A DNA stretch of 64,000 bases, taken from the NCBI GenBank assembly GCA_031551205.1, contig JAVBNY010000001.1, positions 7,586 through 71,585 of the forward strand, in the 5' to 3' direction. Of this stretch, positions 8,752 to 17,985 are shown in pieces. The notes under the pieces were generated by a model. That model ran no database searches and had not been told where the DNA came from. It saw nothing but the letters and a program-made list of their open reading frames with translations. The first letter of the stretch is position 1. Each line of letters begins with the position of its first letter. The DNA comes from Oscillospiraceae bacterium (GTDB lineage Bacteria; Bacillota; Clostridia; Oscillospirales; JAVBNY01). Both the position numbers and the translations under genes were made by a program.

Positions 8752-9080
8752 AAAGACCGCGTCAATCTATCAGATGTCTTATTTTTTACATTGTTGACGA
8801 CGCGGCGCTTCTCGGTCGTCCCAGGATTTCTGGCTGGTCGGTCAGGCTGCGGGTTTTGTGGAGGCTATGTATCTATTACACGCCCATGCCCGGCCGTGTA
8901 TCCTCCTATCTTTTGTCAGTACGTGTTCTGTCCAGACGATTCTATTTGCAATGTTCTTAAAAATTTAGTATTTTTTTGTAGATTTTTGTAGAAAATTATG
9001 ATATAATAAATGCAGATCAACATCCATAAAATGGGGTTTTTTGGATGTTGATACTAAAAAAATTGGAAGGTGAAAAATAA

Positions 9081-12000
9081 ATGAGCAGATGGAATAGGCG
9101 CGTCACGGCAGTGATATTGGCAGCGATTATGATCTTTGGAATGTGCATTACGTCTTATGCCGCGCCGTCGCGGACGGTTGTCTACAATTTAAACGGCGCT
9201 ACCGGTACCCCGCCTGCGGACCCCAATGTGTATAGCGCTTCGCCTTACAGGGCGACCATATTAAACATCAACGAGGGCGGCGGCAATGTAACGGCTCCGG
9301 CGGGAAAACAGTTTGCCGGATGGAGTCCTCTCGCGAACGGCATCGCCAATGAATGGTATGCTCCCGGCAAATCTGTCATAGTGAGCGCCAACGGCTTGGA
9401 GCTCTATGCTATGTGGGTGGAAGAGAAAGCGGAGTACAACGTGACCTTCCGCACGAAAATCAAGCCGTTTACAGTCGCGCCGCAGGTTGTCCAAAGGGGC
9501 GGCCTTGTAACTGAGCCCGCGCCGCTTGCTTATGAGGGCTATACGTTTGAGGGCTGGTACAGGGATTCCTCCTTCAGAACAAAGTGGAACTTTGCCACGG
9601 ACACCGTAACCGGCGATCTAATACTCCATGCCAAATGGCTGGAAAAAGACCTTAATCCCTGGAAGGTTACATACATAATGAGCGAAGGGGTAATCGGCCC
9701 CGGCCCCGTGGATAACACAACCTATTCCCTGAGCAGCGGCAACGCCAGGGTGAAAAACATTCCGGAAGGCACGACCTTCCCCGGAAAGGTCTTCGCCGGC
9801 TGGTCCACAACCCCCAACAGGGTGCTGGAGCTGAAATTCCGTCCCGGCACTAACACCGCCGACTACGTTGCGGTTAAGCAGGAGGGCGCAAAGCTCTACG
9901 ACGTTTGGGTCGACGCCAATCCGGCCTACTCGAACGCCGTGACCGTTGATTTCAGTAAAGAGTATCAGACTATGGCGGGACTCGGAAACGCTCTGGCCTT
10001 CAACAAAACGTCCGGCTATTTGCAGGTCTATAAAAAATTCAAGGAGCTCGGCGTGCCGGATGAGGAAAACCTGGCAATGGTCGCCCTCAATAAAGCCGTT
10101 GACGCCGAAACCGGCGCCAAGCTGGAAGTTTTCCGAATGATCATCGGCGACGGCGGTATTACCGCTCCCGATATAAACCCCGCCACCGGCGAAAAATATG
10201 AATGGGGCAACCGTTACTACGACGGGCCGAACGACACCATCTGGCCGGAGCCCGGCGTGGAAAATATTGTTTGGAACAGGCCTGATTGGGATACGCAAAA
10301 AGACAAATTTGACGCCAATCAGATATGGTATGTGCAAAAGGCCCTTGAGATAAACCCCAACCTCAAGGTGTACGGAGCGGCCTGGTCCCCGCCGTACTGG
10401 ATGAAGACCAATCTGGGCGTCCGCAACGACACGCCGGACAACCCCAACGGCCAGCCTAAGACCACATATCCGCTGCTCGACGAGGCGTACTTCGCGGACT
10501 ACGCGAAATATATCCTCGATTACGCATGGGGCATGTACGCATGGTACGGCATACCCATCTATGCCGTGTGCCCGACAAACGAGCCGGAAATTGACCACGG
10601 ATATTCCGCGCTTGTCTTCCGCGGCGACGACTATGAGAGATTCCTGCTTGATTATGTGAAGCCGCTCCTCGCAAAATATAAGGCCGAAGGCAAATTTGGC
10701 GACAAACCCTCCGGCGCCGGCATGGGATTTGGCGCGGTGGCGCCGATGATGACCATAGCCGCTCCGGAAGGTACGCGCATTGACCGTTCCACCAGCCCTG
10801 TTGATATGGGAACGCCCGACAGGCCGGGATACGGCGCGATGATGGCTAACCCCGAGATTCAGGATATGGTCGGCGTTTTCACAACCCATATGTACGAGAA
10901 CGACCAGTTCCTCTACTCCCCCAGAGTGGCCGGCGACGACGACCCCATCTATCCCTCATTCATGAGAAAATACGGCGACATCTGGATGACCGAGATAGGC
11001 CAGCAATTCCCCGCTTATAACGAACAGAATGTCGCGGACAACTTCAGTATGGTGAACGGCCTGTTCTGGGCCAGGAGAATATCCAACCAGTTTGCCAGCG
11101 ACCCGGGCTTTACCTCCTACGTATTATGGAACGGCACGGGTTCGGCGGGCGTTACAAATGACACCGCGCGCTGGATCAATATGCTGAACGCCGGTTCCGG
11201 CCAGGGGACGCTGCCTTCACTTACCGGGCAGCTCCGCATATACAAGCGCTTCTATACCGTAGCGCAGTTCTCGCGCTTTATTAACCCGGGCGATATACGC
11301 GTCGGCGCGGACAGGGTCCCGTTCGAGGGTGCAAACGTCACGGCGTACAAGAGCGCGGACGGCAAGGACTTCTCCATTGTCGCTCTCAACGAGGACAATC
11401 AGGCTCACACCATCACGATTACACTCTCCGGAAACAGCGCGACGAGCATTATTCCGTACCGCACCTCGAACAGCGAGAACATGAAGAGGCTTGACGCCAT
11501 TAGCGCGGCGGACGGCGTGTTCACGGTCACGCTGCCGGCCATGTCCATGACGACCTTTGTGAACGACAAGGGCGAAAAGAATCTGTCCGGCTGGAATGCC
11601 CGCGACGTGTTTACCACGATGGAGGCTGAGGACAACGACGGTCTGACCGGCGGAATCGTGACAGCTGACGGAATTGAGATTTCCAACGGCAACTGCGCCA
11701 AATTTGGAAACTTCAACTTTGCCGACGGAACCGGTACCCCGAGTGCGAACATACACGTGCTGCGCATGAAAGCTCTCGGCTCAGCTACCGCAAACGGCAG
11801 CCTTGAGATTCGCGTTGAAGGCCCGACGGGCCCGCGGGTGGGCGTTTTCAAGATAACCCCCTCTGAGGAGCCTACTCAGTATTTTGCCCAGATCGACACG
11901 GGCGACCTGTTTGCGTATGGCGTGAAGGACATCTATGTGACGTACAAGGGGCTTGGAAAGCTGTTCCTGGACAAGTTTACGTTTGATTCCACCGCGATTG

Positions 12001-13031
12001 CCGACGACAGCAACCTTGTCGTTAACAGCACGCTTAACACGAACGCGAACAGCTGGGCCGGAAAGGGCACCACAGTTTCCTCCGTTAATGAGCTTTACTA
12101 CCGCACAAGGTCCCTGAAGGTTGCCGCGGGCGGCTCGGATGTTGGGGCGGAGGCCGACCTCAGCGCGCTGCCTGAGGCGGGAACGGCTTATAATGTAAAA
12201 GCGTTCTTTATCCCGGCGTTCCCCTTTGCTTACAGCAAATACACCTCTTATGAGTCCGGGTTTGTAAACGGAGGCACCGCAGAGATCAGGCTTCAGTTCT
12301 ATAACGGCGAAACCCTGGTTGCTTCCCAGATCATAGCGTCCAGAGATAACATCAACAATATTGACTGGCGTCAGGTCAAGGGCACGTTTGTATACAGCCC
12401 GCCCGCGGAGGCGTTTACCTCTGTAAAGCTTATGCTCAGCATGTCGGGCGCCGGCGCGTTCTATGTTGACGAGGTGACGCTTACCAAGGCCGAGGTTGAG
12501 ACCGAAGAAGCGTTTGACCTGAGTATAGTATCGAAGATTGTCGCGGGATATGCCGCAAATCTCCCGGTTGAGGTTGTCAACGTCACCGAGCCCGTCGTGT
12601 TTGAGCTCTACAGCCCGAGCGACGCGCTGATCAGAACCATTACGGCTTCTAATGACGGAAGATACGTATTCCGCATCGAGAAGCAGGAGGCTGTTGCCGG
12701 GACGTACAAAATCAGGGTTAAAGGCCGCCCGTCATTTGAGGGCAGCGTGGAATGCGTAATTCCCGGAAACCTCTGGAGTGCGAGCGCCAGGGTTGAGGGC
12801 GGCAAAACGCTGATAACCTTTGGCGCGGAAGTAAGCTTTATGCCGGCTAAAAAGAACGTTACGATAGGCGGAGCCGTTGTCGACAACAGCAAAGTGGCCG
12901 CAGCCGGAAATGTCGTTACGATTGAACAGGCGGCAAGTCCGGGTCAGAAGGTAAAGATAGCCGGCGTTAAATATCCGGATCTCTTTCCGAGTTACTCGTT
13001 CACATTTGACATTGAATTCGTTGGGCAATAA
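9081..13031 (+). CDS. Secreted multidomain glycoside hydrolase family 30 enzyme
   Basis: Signal peptide. Three Listeria-Bacteroides-type repeats (FAGWS..LYAMW, YTFEGWYRD..LHAKW, FAGWST..LYDVW). GH30/clan-A catalytic core with PTNEPE (Glu codon 10581-10583) and WMTEIG (Glu codon 10992-10994). A CBM6/35-like domain (MEAEDNDG), a CBM4_9/22-like domain, and the shared C-terminal module. Confidence 0.85.
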   Translation: MSRWNRRVTAVILAAIMIFGMCITSYAAPSRTVVYNLNGATGTPPADPNVYSASPYRATILNINEGGGNVTAPAGKQFAGWSPLANGIANEWYAPGKSVIVSANGLELYAMWVEEKAEYNVTFRTKIKPFTVAPQVVQRGGLVTEPAPLAYEGYTFEGWYRDSSFRTKWNFATDTVTGDLILHAKWLEKDLNPWKVTYIMSEGVIGPGPVDNTTYSLSSGNARVKNIPEGTTFPGKVFAGWSTTPNRVLELKFRPGTNTADYVAVKQEGAKLYDVWVDANPAYSNAVTVDFSKEYQTMAGLGNALAFNKTSGYLQVYKKFKELGVPDEENLAMVALNKAVDAETGAKLEVFRMIIGDGGITAPDINPATGEKYEWGNRYYDGPNDTIWPEPGVENIVWNRPDWDTQKDKFDANQIWYVQKALEINPNLKVYGAAWSPPYWMKTNLGVRNDTPDNPNGQPKTTYPLLDEAYFADYAKYILDYAWGMYAWYGIPIYAVCPTNEPEIDHGYSALVFRGDDYERFLLDYVKPLLAKYKAEGKFGDKPSGAGMGFGAVAPMMTIAAPEGTRIDRSTSPVDMGTPDRPGYGAMMANPEIQDMVGVFTTHMYENDQFLYSPRVAGDDDPIYPSFMRKYGDIWMTEIGQQFPAYNEQNVADNFSMVNGLFWARRISNQFASDPGFTSYVLWNGTGSAGVTNDTARWINMLNAGSGQGTLPSLTGQLRIYKRFYTVAQFSRFINPGDIRVGADRVPFEGANVTAYKSADGKDFSIVALNEDNQAHTITITLSGNSATSIIPYRTSNSENMKRLDAISAADGVFTVTLPAMSMTTFVNDKGEKNLSGWNARDVFTTMEAEDNDGLTGGIVTADGIEISNGNCAKFGNFNFADGTGTPSANIHVLRMKALGSATANGSLEIRVEGPTGPRVGVFKITPSEEPTQYFAQIDTGDLFAYGVKDIYVTYKGLGKLFLDKFTFDSTAIADDSNLVVNSTLNTNANSWAGKGTTVSSVNELYYRTRSLKVAAGGSDVGAEADLSALPEAGTAYNVKAFFIPAFPFAYSKYTSYESGFVNGGTAEIRLQFYNGETLVASQIIASRDNINNIDWRQVKGTFVYSPPAEAFTSVKLMLSMSGAGAFYVDEVTLTKAEVETEEAFDLSIVSKIVAGYAANLPVEVVNVTEPVVFELYSPSDALIRTITASNDGRYVFRIEKQEAVAGTYKIRVKGRPSFEGSVECVIPGNLWSASARVEGGKTLITFGAEVSFMPAKKNVTIGGAVVDNSKVAAAGNVVTIEQAASPGQKVKIAGVKYPDLFPSYSFTFDIEFVGQ
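12520..13028 (+). other. Shared C-terminal module, copy A (GH30 enzyme)
   Basis: IVAGYAANLPVEV...GRYVFRI...AGTYKIRV...LWSASA...VKIAGVKYPDLFPSYSFTFDIEF. Confidence 0.8.
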
Positions 13032-13118
13032 TTGCATTATGTTTTGGCGACAACGTATTCTATGGCTTTGGGATGGTCTGTGAACATATTTTATAAAAAA
13101 ATCACATAACTCTTGGCA

Positions 13119-13160
13119 AAGGGATGCCGCGCTGAAAAACAGCGCGGCATCCCTTATTTG
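13119..13160. terminator. Rho-independent terminator, usable in both directions
   Basis: aagggatgccgcgctg-aaaaa-cagcgcggcatccctt forms a perfect 16-bp stem, followed by atttg. Confidence 0.65.
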
Positions 13161-13236
13161 ATGAAGAAATTCCTGCAACCATGTCCGTGCGGCGCTCGTA
13201 TGTATTCATCGCAGAGCGGCGGAGAGCTTAAAGTCT

Positions 13237-13911
13237 TTACGTGCGCACATACTCAGTAAAGCAGTTTATAAACACGTCGCTGGCTGCCTCAATCTCTGTT
13301 CTCACGCGCTTCTGGCTGTCGTCGTAAACTGCGCAGACCCGAAAGCCCGCCCGCTTCGCCGTTTCAATCGCATACAGCGTGTCCTCAAAGACGAGGCACT
13401 GCTGCGGGCGGAGTCGGAGCCTTTCGGCGGCCTCGAGGTAGACATCGGGGAAGTGTTTCCCCCTGCCGACCTCAGGCACGGTGACAACAAATTCAAACAT
13501 GTCCAGCACACCGAGCCTTGAAAGAGCCGGGACGGCATGGCGCCTGTCCGTCAGCGTGGCGACGCATAAGCCGATGCCGCCCTCTTTGAGAAAGGCCAGA
13601 AACTCGGCTGCGCCGTCCTTCAGCTGCAGCACATTTTCATACTGCCAGGTTACTTCGGCCTCCCACTTATTGAGTATCTCATCTCCGGTGAGCTTTATGG
13701 GAAAAGTATCTGCGATAAAGTCCGCGCTTTGGCGGAGTGTTTTCGCCGCCAGGACATTGTTAAGATCCCCGTGCAGGATCCCGTGTTCGCACAGAAGCGC
13801 CGGGCAAAGGGCGCGCCACATCGGCATTGAATCAAGAATCGTGCCGTCAAGGTCAAATATCGCGCCGCCGATTCCGGCGAAGAAGCTACTTTCTCTCACT
13901 GATCGGGACAT
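13237..13911 (-). CDS. HAD-superfamily hydrolase (beta-phosphoglucomutase/phosphatase-like)
   Basis: Motif I FDLDGTILDS lies near the N-terminus. I trimmed the track ORF to the ATG at 13911 (MSRSVRESSFFAGIGGAIFDLDGT). This start overlaps the citrate synthase 3' end by 26 nt. Confidence 0.75.
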   Translation of the reverse strand: MSRSVRESSFFAGIGGAIFDLDGTILDSMPMWRALCPALLCEHGILHGDLNNVLAAKTLRQSADFIADTFPIKLTGDEILNKWEAEVTWQYENVLQLKDGAAEFLAFLKEGGIGLCVATLTDRRHAVPALSRLGVLDMFEFVVTVPEVGRGKHFPDVYLEAAERLRLRPQQCLVFEDTLYAIETAKRAGFRVCAVYDDSQKRVRTEIEAASDVFINCFTEYVRT

Positions 13912-15253
13912 ATTCGCGATCCGCGCCGATGGCCTTGTAAGCCGGCCTGATGATCCTGCTGCCGGTCGTGACTTCCTCAATCCTGTGCGCACACCAGCCG
14001 ACGATCCTGGCGAGGGCGAACATCGGCGTGAAGAGATCGGGCGAGATGCCGAGCATCTTGTAAACAAGCCCGGAATACATATCGACATTCGCTGAAATTG
14101 TCTTCTTTGAGCCCTTGATCATATCAAAGACCTCCGGCGTGAGACGCTCAATGCTTTCAAGAAGCCTGAGCTCTTCGGAGAGGCCGTTTTTCACGGCAAG
14201 CTCTCTGGCGTATCTGCGAAGGATGATAGCCCGCGGGTCGGACTTCGTGTAGACCGCATGACCCATGCCGTAAACGAGCCCACTTCCGTCACCGGCTTCT
14301 TTTCGGATGATCTTGCCGAGATACGCCCTGACCTCGTCGTCATCTGTCCAGTCGCGCACATTTCTCTTGATCTCGCCGAACATATCCATAACGCGTTTAT
14401 TCGCGCCGCCGTGTCGGGGCCCCTTCAGTGAACAGACCGCGGCAGAAATCGCCGAATATATATCCGTGCCCGACGAGGTCAGCACGCGGCATGAAAACGC
14501 CGAATTGTTGCCTCCTCCGTGCTCCGCGTGTAAAACGAGCATCAGGTCGAGGAGCTTTGCCTCTTCATCAGTGAACTTGTTGTCCGGCCTCACGCAGTAA
14601 AGAAAATTCTGCGCGGTGGAATATTCGTCTTTCGGATAGTGCAGGTAGAGGCTCTCGCCGTCATACCTCTGCCTCTTGCACATATAGGCGTGCGCTATAA
14701 TCGTCCCAAATCGGGCGATCAGCTGAAGGCTTTGCCTGAGTTGATTTTCAACAGACATGTCCTCGGGGTTTTCGTCATAGGAATATAGTGCGAGGACGCT
14801 GGCCGCCAGCTTGTTCATTATGTCCGGGCTGGGCGCTTTGAGGATCATGTCCTCGGTAAAGTCATCCGGCAGGGAGCGCGAGCTGGCAAGCAGCAGGTTC
14901 CACATCTCAAGCTGCTGCTTTGTCGGCAACGCGCCGAACAGAAGCAGATAAGACGTCTCCTCAAAGCCAAACCTGTCGTCGTGCTTATATCCCTCGATAA
15001 TGTTGTTGATGTCAATGCCCCTGTAATCCAGCCTTCCCTCAATCGGGACGGGCTCTGAGTCCTGAACGACATATCCGTGAACATGCCCCACCATCGTGAC
15101 GCCTGCGAGCACGCCCGTACCGTCTGAATTCCTCAGGCCGCGCTTGACGCCGTACTGCTGAAAGACACCGGGATCAATCCTGTCGTAACTGTCTTTATTG
15201 ACAAGGATGTTGTTAATAAGCTCCATGAATAAATCTCTGTTGAAATCTTGCAT
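13886..15253 (-). CDS. gltA: Citrate synthase
   Basis: Citrate synthase signature region LKGPRHGGANKRVMDMF and HAVYTKSDPRA. RBS AAAGGGGAG. Confidence 0.9.
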   Translation of the reverse strand: MQDFNRDLFMELINNILVNKDSYDRIDPGVFQQYGVKRGLRNSDGTGVLAGVTMVGHVHGYVVQDSEPVPIEGRLDYRGIDINNIIEGYKHDDRFGFEETSYLLLFGALPTKQQLEMWNLLLASSRSLPDDFTEDMILKAPSPDIMNKLAASVLALYSYDENPEDMSVENQLRQSLQLIARFGTIIAHAYMCKRQRYDGESLYLHYPKDEYSTAQNFLYCVRPDNKFTDEEAKLLDLMLVLHAEHGGGNNSAFSCRVLTSSGTDIYSAISAAVCSLKGPRHGGANKRVMDMFGEIKRNVRDWTDDDEVRAYLGKIIRKEAGDGSGLVYGMGHAVYTKSDPRAIILRRYARELAVKNGLSEELRLLESIERLTPEVFDMIKGSKKTISANVDMYSGLVYKMLGISPDLFTPMFALARIVGWCAHRIEEVTTGSRIIRPAYKAIGADREYVPISERK

Positions 15254-15451
15254 TTCCGTCTCCCCTTTCCGCTTTCTCTATCAATCATTATTTTAATATG
15301 TAAATACAATAATGTCAATATATTTTTGATTTTTACACAATCTTTACTTATATTTTAAATTTATATGAACAAATGGTTAACATTTGCGGCATCTTTCTTT
15401 CATCGAAAAATGAATTTTAGATAAAATAAACTTGCAAATAAGGAGTTATCT

Positions 15452-16552
15452 ATGCGCCAGATATGCCTGATTTCCATAATGCTTCTCATTTTCGTCCTCA
15501 CGATGCCGATAATCGCGCTGAGATCGACAATTTTCGACGAAAGCAACGTGCCCATCTCCTCTATATTGGCCAACCGGCAAAAGGACGGAGACATCGAGCC
15601 GGACGGCGCCGCGGTGGAGGCGTCTGTGCGGAAAGATCCCTCGCCGACCCCGTCTCAGGCGCCGTCACCTTCGCCGGAGCCGGAAAATCCCGACAGGGTT
15701 ACGCTTGTGAGCGTACTCTCCGGCGGCGCGATTAAAGAGCTGTATATGGATGAATATCTCGTCGGGGTTATCGCGGCGGAGATGCCCGCCTCGTTCCCGG
15801 AAGAGGCGCTCAGGGCGCAGGCCGTGGCCAGCAGGACGAACACTCTCTATAAGATGAGGCAGCGACGTCTGCTAAAAACAGACGGAAGGCACCCCGACGC
15901 GGACGTCTGCGCCGATTCCTCCCACTGCGAGGCGTATATTTCGATGGATGCAGCTCGCGAGAAATGGGGACAGGACGCCGACCTTTTTGAGGCGAAAATC
16001 CTGGACGCGGTGCAGTCCACCGCGGGGCTCGTCGCGCTGTATGACAACGAGCCGATCTCAGCCGTATTTCACGCGGCCTCCAGCGGAACCACCGAGCGCT
16101 CGGCCGACGTATGGGGCAAGGATCTGCCTTACCTCCAAAGCGTGAAAAGCCCCGGAGAAAGCGATTCTCCGCGTTATTACGGCCGTGTGGAGATTGACGC
16201 GGAAAAATTTAAAGCAGACTTCCTCGCCGCGCACGCGGACGCAAAGCTTGAGGGCAAAGCGGATTCCTGGCTCAAAAACGAAAGGCGCAGTGCCGCCGGA
16301 GGCATTGAAACGATAGAGGTCGGCAGTGTTACAGTAAAGGGCAGCGAGCTGCGCATGATGTTCGGACTTGCTTCAACAAATTTCAGGTATTCCGTCGAGG
16401 ACGGCAAGCTGATCTTTAAGACGACGGGGTACGGCCACGGCGTCGGGATGAGCCAGTACGGCGCGCGGGCGCTCGCGCTTGAGGGAAAAGACTTTGAGGA
16501 AATAATAAAATGGTACTACTCCGGCGTTGCGATAGGAACATATCTGAGCTAG
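15452..16552 (+). CDS. spoIID: Stage II sporulation protein D (lytic transglycosylase)
   Basis: LVGVIAAEMPASFPEEALRAQAVASRT, AVFHAASSGTTE and GYGHGVGMSQYGA are SpoIID hallmarks. Confidence 0.85.
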   Translation: MRQICLISIMLLIFVLTMPIIALRSTIFDESNVPISSILANRQKDGDIEPDGAAVEASVRKDPSPTPSQAPSPSPEPENPDRVTLVSVLSGGAIKELYMDEYLVGVIAAEMPASFPEEALRAQAVASRTNTLYKMRQRRLLKTDGRHPDADVCADSSHCEAYISMDAAREKWGQDADLFEAKILDAVQSTAGLVALYDNEPISAVFHAASSGTTERSADVWGKDLPYLQSVKSPGESDSPRYYGRVEIDAEKFKADFLAAHADAKLEGKADSWLKNERRSAAGGIETIEVGSVTVKGSELRMMFGLASTNFRYSVEDGKLIFKTTGYGHGVGMSQYGARALALEGKDFEEIIKWYYSGVAIGTYLS

Positions 16553-16627
16553 TGTCTGTTAACCCCTTGACGGGTGGGTGTATAATAGAAGCATCCAAAA
16601 ATTCGTTTATAAAACTGGGGGATTAAT

Positions 16628-17800
16628 ATGCTGGATTTTTCATATTTTAATCAAACCGAGATAGTATTTGGGAAAAACACTGAGCTTTCGGTTGGAGAGC
16701 TGGTCAAAAAACGCGGCAAAAAGGCCATGATCGTCTATGGCGGCGGCTCTATAAAGCGCTCCGGCCTTTACGACAGGGTGAAAAAGTCGCTGGACGACGC
16801 CGGCGTGGCTCATTGCGAGCTCGGCGGGGTCAAGCCTAATCCTGTGCTCTCTCTTGTGCACAAGGGTATTGAGCTGGGAAGGCGCGAGGGCGCCGACTTT
16901 ATCCTCGCCGTAGGCGGAGGGAGCGTGATCGACTCCGCAAAGGTGATCTCGATGGGTATGCTGTACGACGGCGAGGTGTGGGATTTTTTTGAGGGCAAAA
17001 CGGCCGAAAAGGTCGTTCCCGTCGGCGTTGTGCTGACGATTCCCGCCGCCGGAAGTGAGAACAGTGCCGACGCCGTGATTACAAACGACCTGCGCGGCAA
17101 CGAAAAATGGCCCTCCTGCTCGGCGGATTACATCCGTCCGGTCTTCTCGATCCTCAACCCCGAGCTGACGTTCACGCTCCCGCCCTTTCAAACAGCCTGC
17201 GGCGCGGCGGATATCATCGCGCACGCCCTTGAACGGTATTTTACGCAGGACCGCGATGTCGACCTTTCAGACAGGCTTCTCGAATCCGTCGTCAGGACTA
17301 TGGTCAAATTCGCCCCGGCCGCGATAGCCTCGCCGGAGGACTACAACGCCCGCTCGCAGATCATGTGGGCGGGGACGCTGGCCCACAACAGCCTTTTCGG
17401 CTGCGGCAGAACCGGCGACTGGGCCTCTCACATGATTGAGCATGAGCTCTCCGCGCTCTACGACGTCGCGCACGGCGCCGGCCTCGCGGTTATTGTACCC
17501 GCCTGGATGGAATACGTCCTTCCGGGGAACGAGGCGCGCCTCGCGCAGTTTGCAAACCGCGTGTTTGACGTTGAATACGACGCTTTTGTCCAGGAAAACA
17601 CCGCCCGGAAAGGCATCTCGCTCCTGCGTGCGTTCTTTAAGAGCATCGACCTGCCTGTGACGCTTTCGGAGCTCGGCATCCCTGGCGACCGCGTTGATGA
17701 GATGGCCGAAAGGTGCACATACGGCGATCAGTGGGCGCCCGGTAATTTTAAAAAGCTCAAAAAGGCCGACGTCGCAGCCATCTACAAAAGTTGCCTCTGA
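16628..17800 (+). CDS. Iron-containing alcohol dehydrogenase (YqhD/butanol dehydrogenase-like)
   Basis: ILAVGGGSVIDSAK and HMIEHELSALYDVAHGAGLA, the Fe-ADH metal and NAD(P) motifs. Confidence 0.9.
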   Translation: MLDFSYFNQTEIVFGKNTELSVGELVKKRGKKAMIVYGGGSIKRSGLYDRVKKSLDDAGVAHCELGGVKPNPVLSLVHKGIELGRREGADFILAVGGGSVIDSAKVISMGMLYDGEVWDFFEGKTAEKVVPVGVVLTIPAAGSENSADAVITNDLRGNEKWPSCSADYIRPVFSILNPELTFTLPPFQTACGAADIIAHALERYFTQDRDVDLSDRLLESVVRTMVKFAPAAIASPEDYNARSQIMWAGTLAHNSLFGCGRTGDWASHMIEHELSALYDVAHGAGLAVIVPAWMEYVLPGNEARLAQFANRVFDVEYDAFVQENTARKGISLLRAFFKSIDLPVTLSELGIPGDRVDEMAERCTYGDQWAPGNFKKLKKADVAAIYKSCL

Positions 17801-17822
17801 TTTTCTCTGATTTAGGAATGGA

Positions 17823-17848
17823 CAGAAGCCGCCGGAAGGCGGCTTCTG
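17823..17848. terminator. Perfect 11-bp hairpin with a GGAA loop downstream of the ADH gene
   Basis: cagaagccgcc-ggaa-ggcggcttctg. No clear U-tract on either side. Confidence 0.4.
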
Positions 17849-17985
17849 CTAAAGGACAGCACGAAAAACACCGTAGTTTTGACTCCACAGTTATGTAGGT
17901 GATGTTTGCCTGAAGGCCGGCGGCGCGTTAAGCTTTGCCTGCGACCTCGCGCCGAAAGAACCTCACGAAAGATAAGGGACCCATT

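Noticed and set aside
8974-8993. Short tandem repeat tttttgtaga x2, and other short repeats in the window, checked as possible CRISPR array
   Set aside because: There are only two adjacent copies with no spacers. No repeat-spacer periodicity occurs anywhere in the window.
9618-10889. 423-aa minus-strand ORF inside the GH30 gene
   Set aside because: It lies entirely antisense to a gene with strong family motifs. Its composition is Arg/Gly/His/Val-rich and low-complexity, typical of shadow ORFs in GC-rich DNA. It has no RBS.
13912-14088. N-terminal extension of the HAD ORF (track start 14088)
   Set aside because: The extension is Arg/Ser/Pro-rich, overlaps ~200 nt of the citrate synthase coding sequence, and precedes the conserved DxDGT motif by far more than usual. 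I trimmed it to the ATG at 13911.
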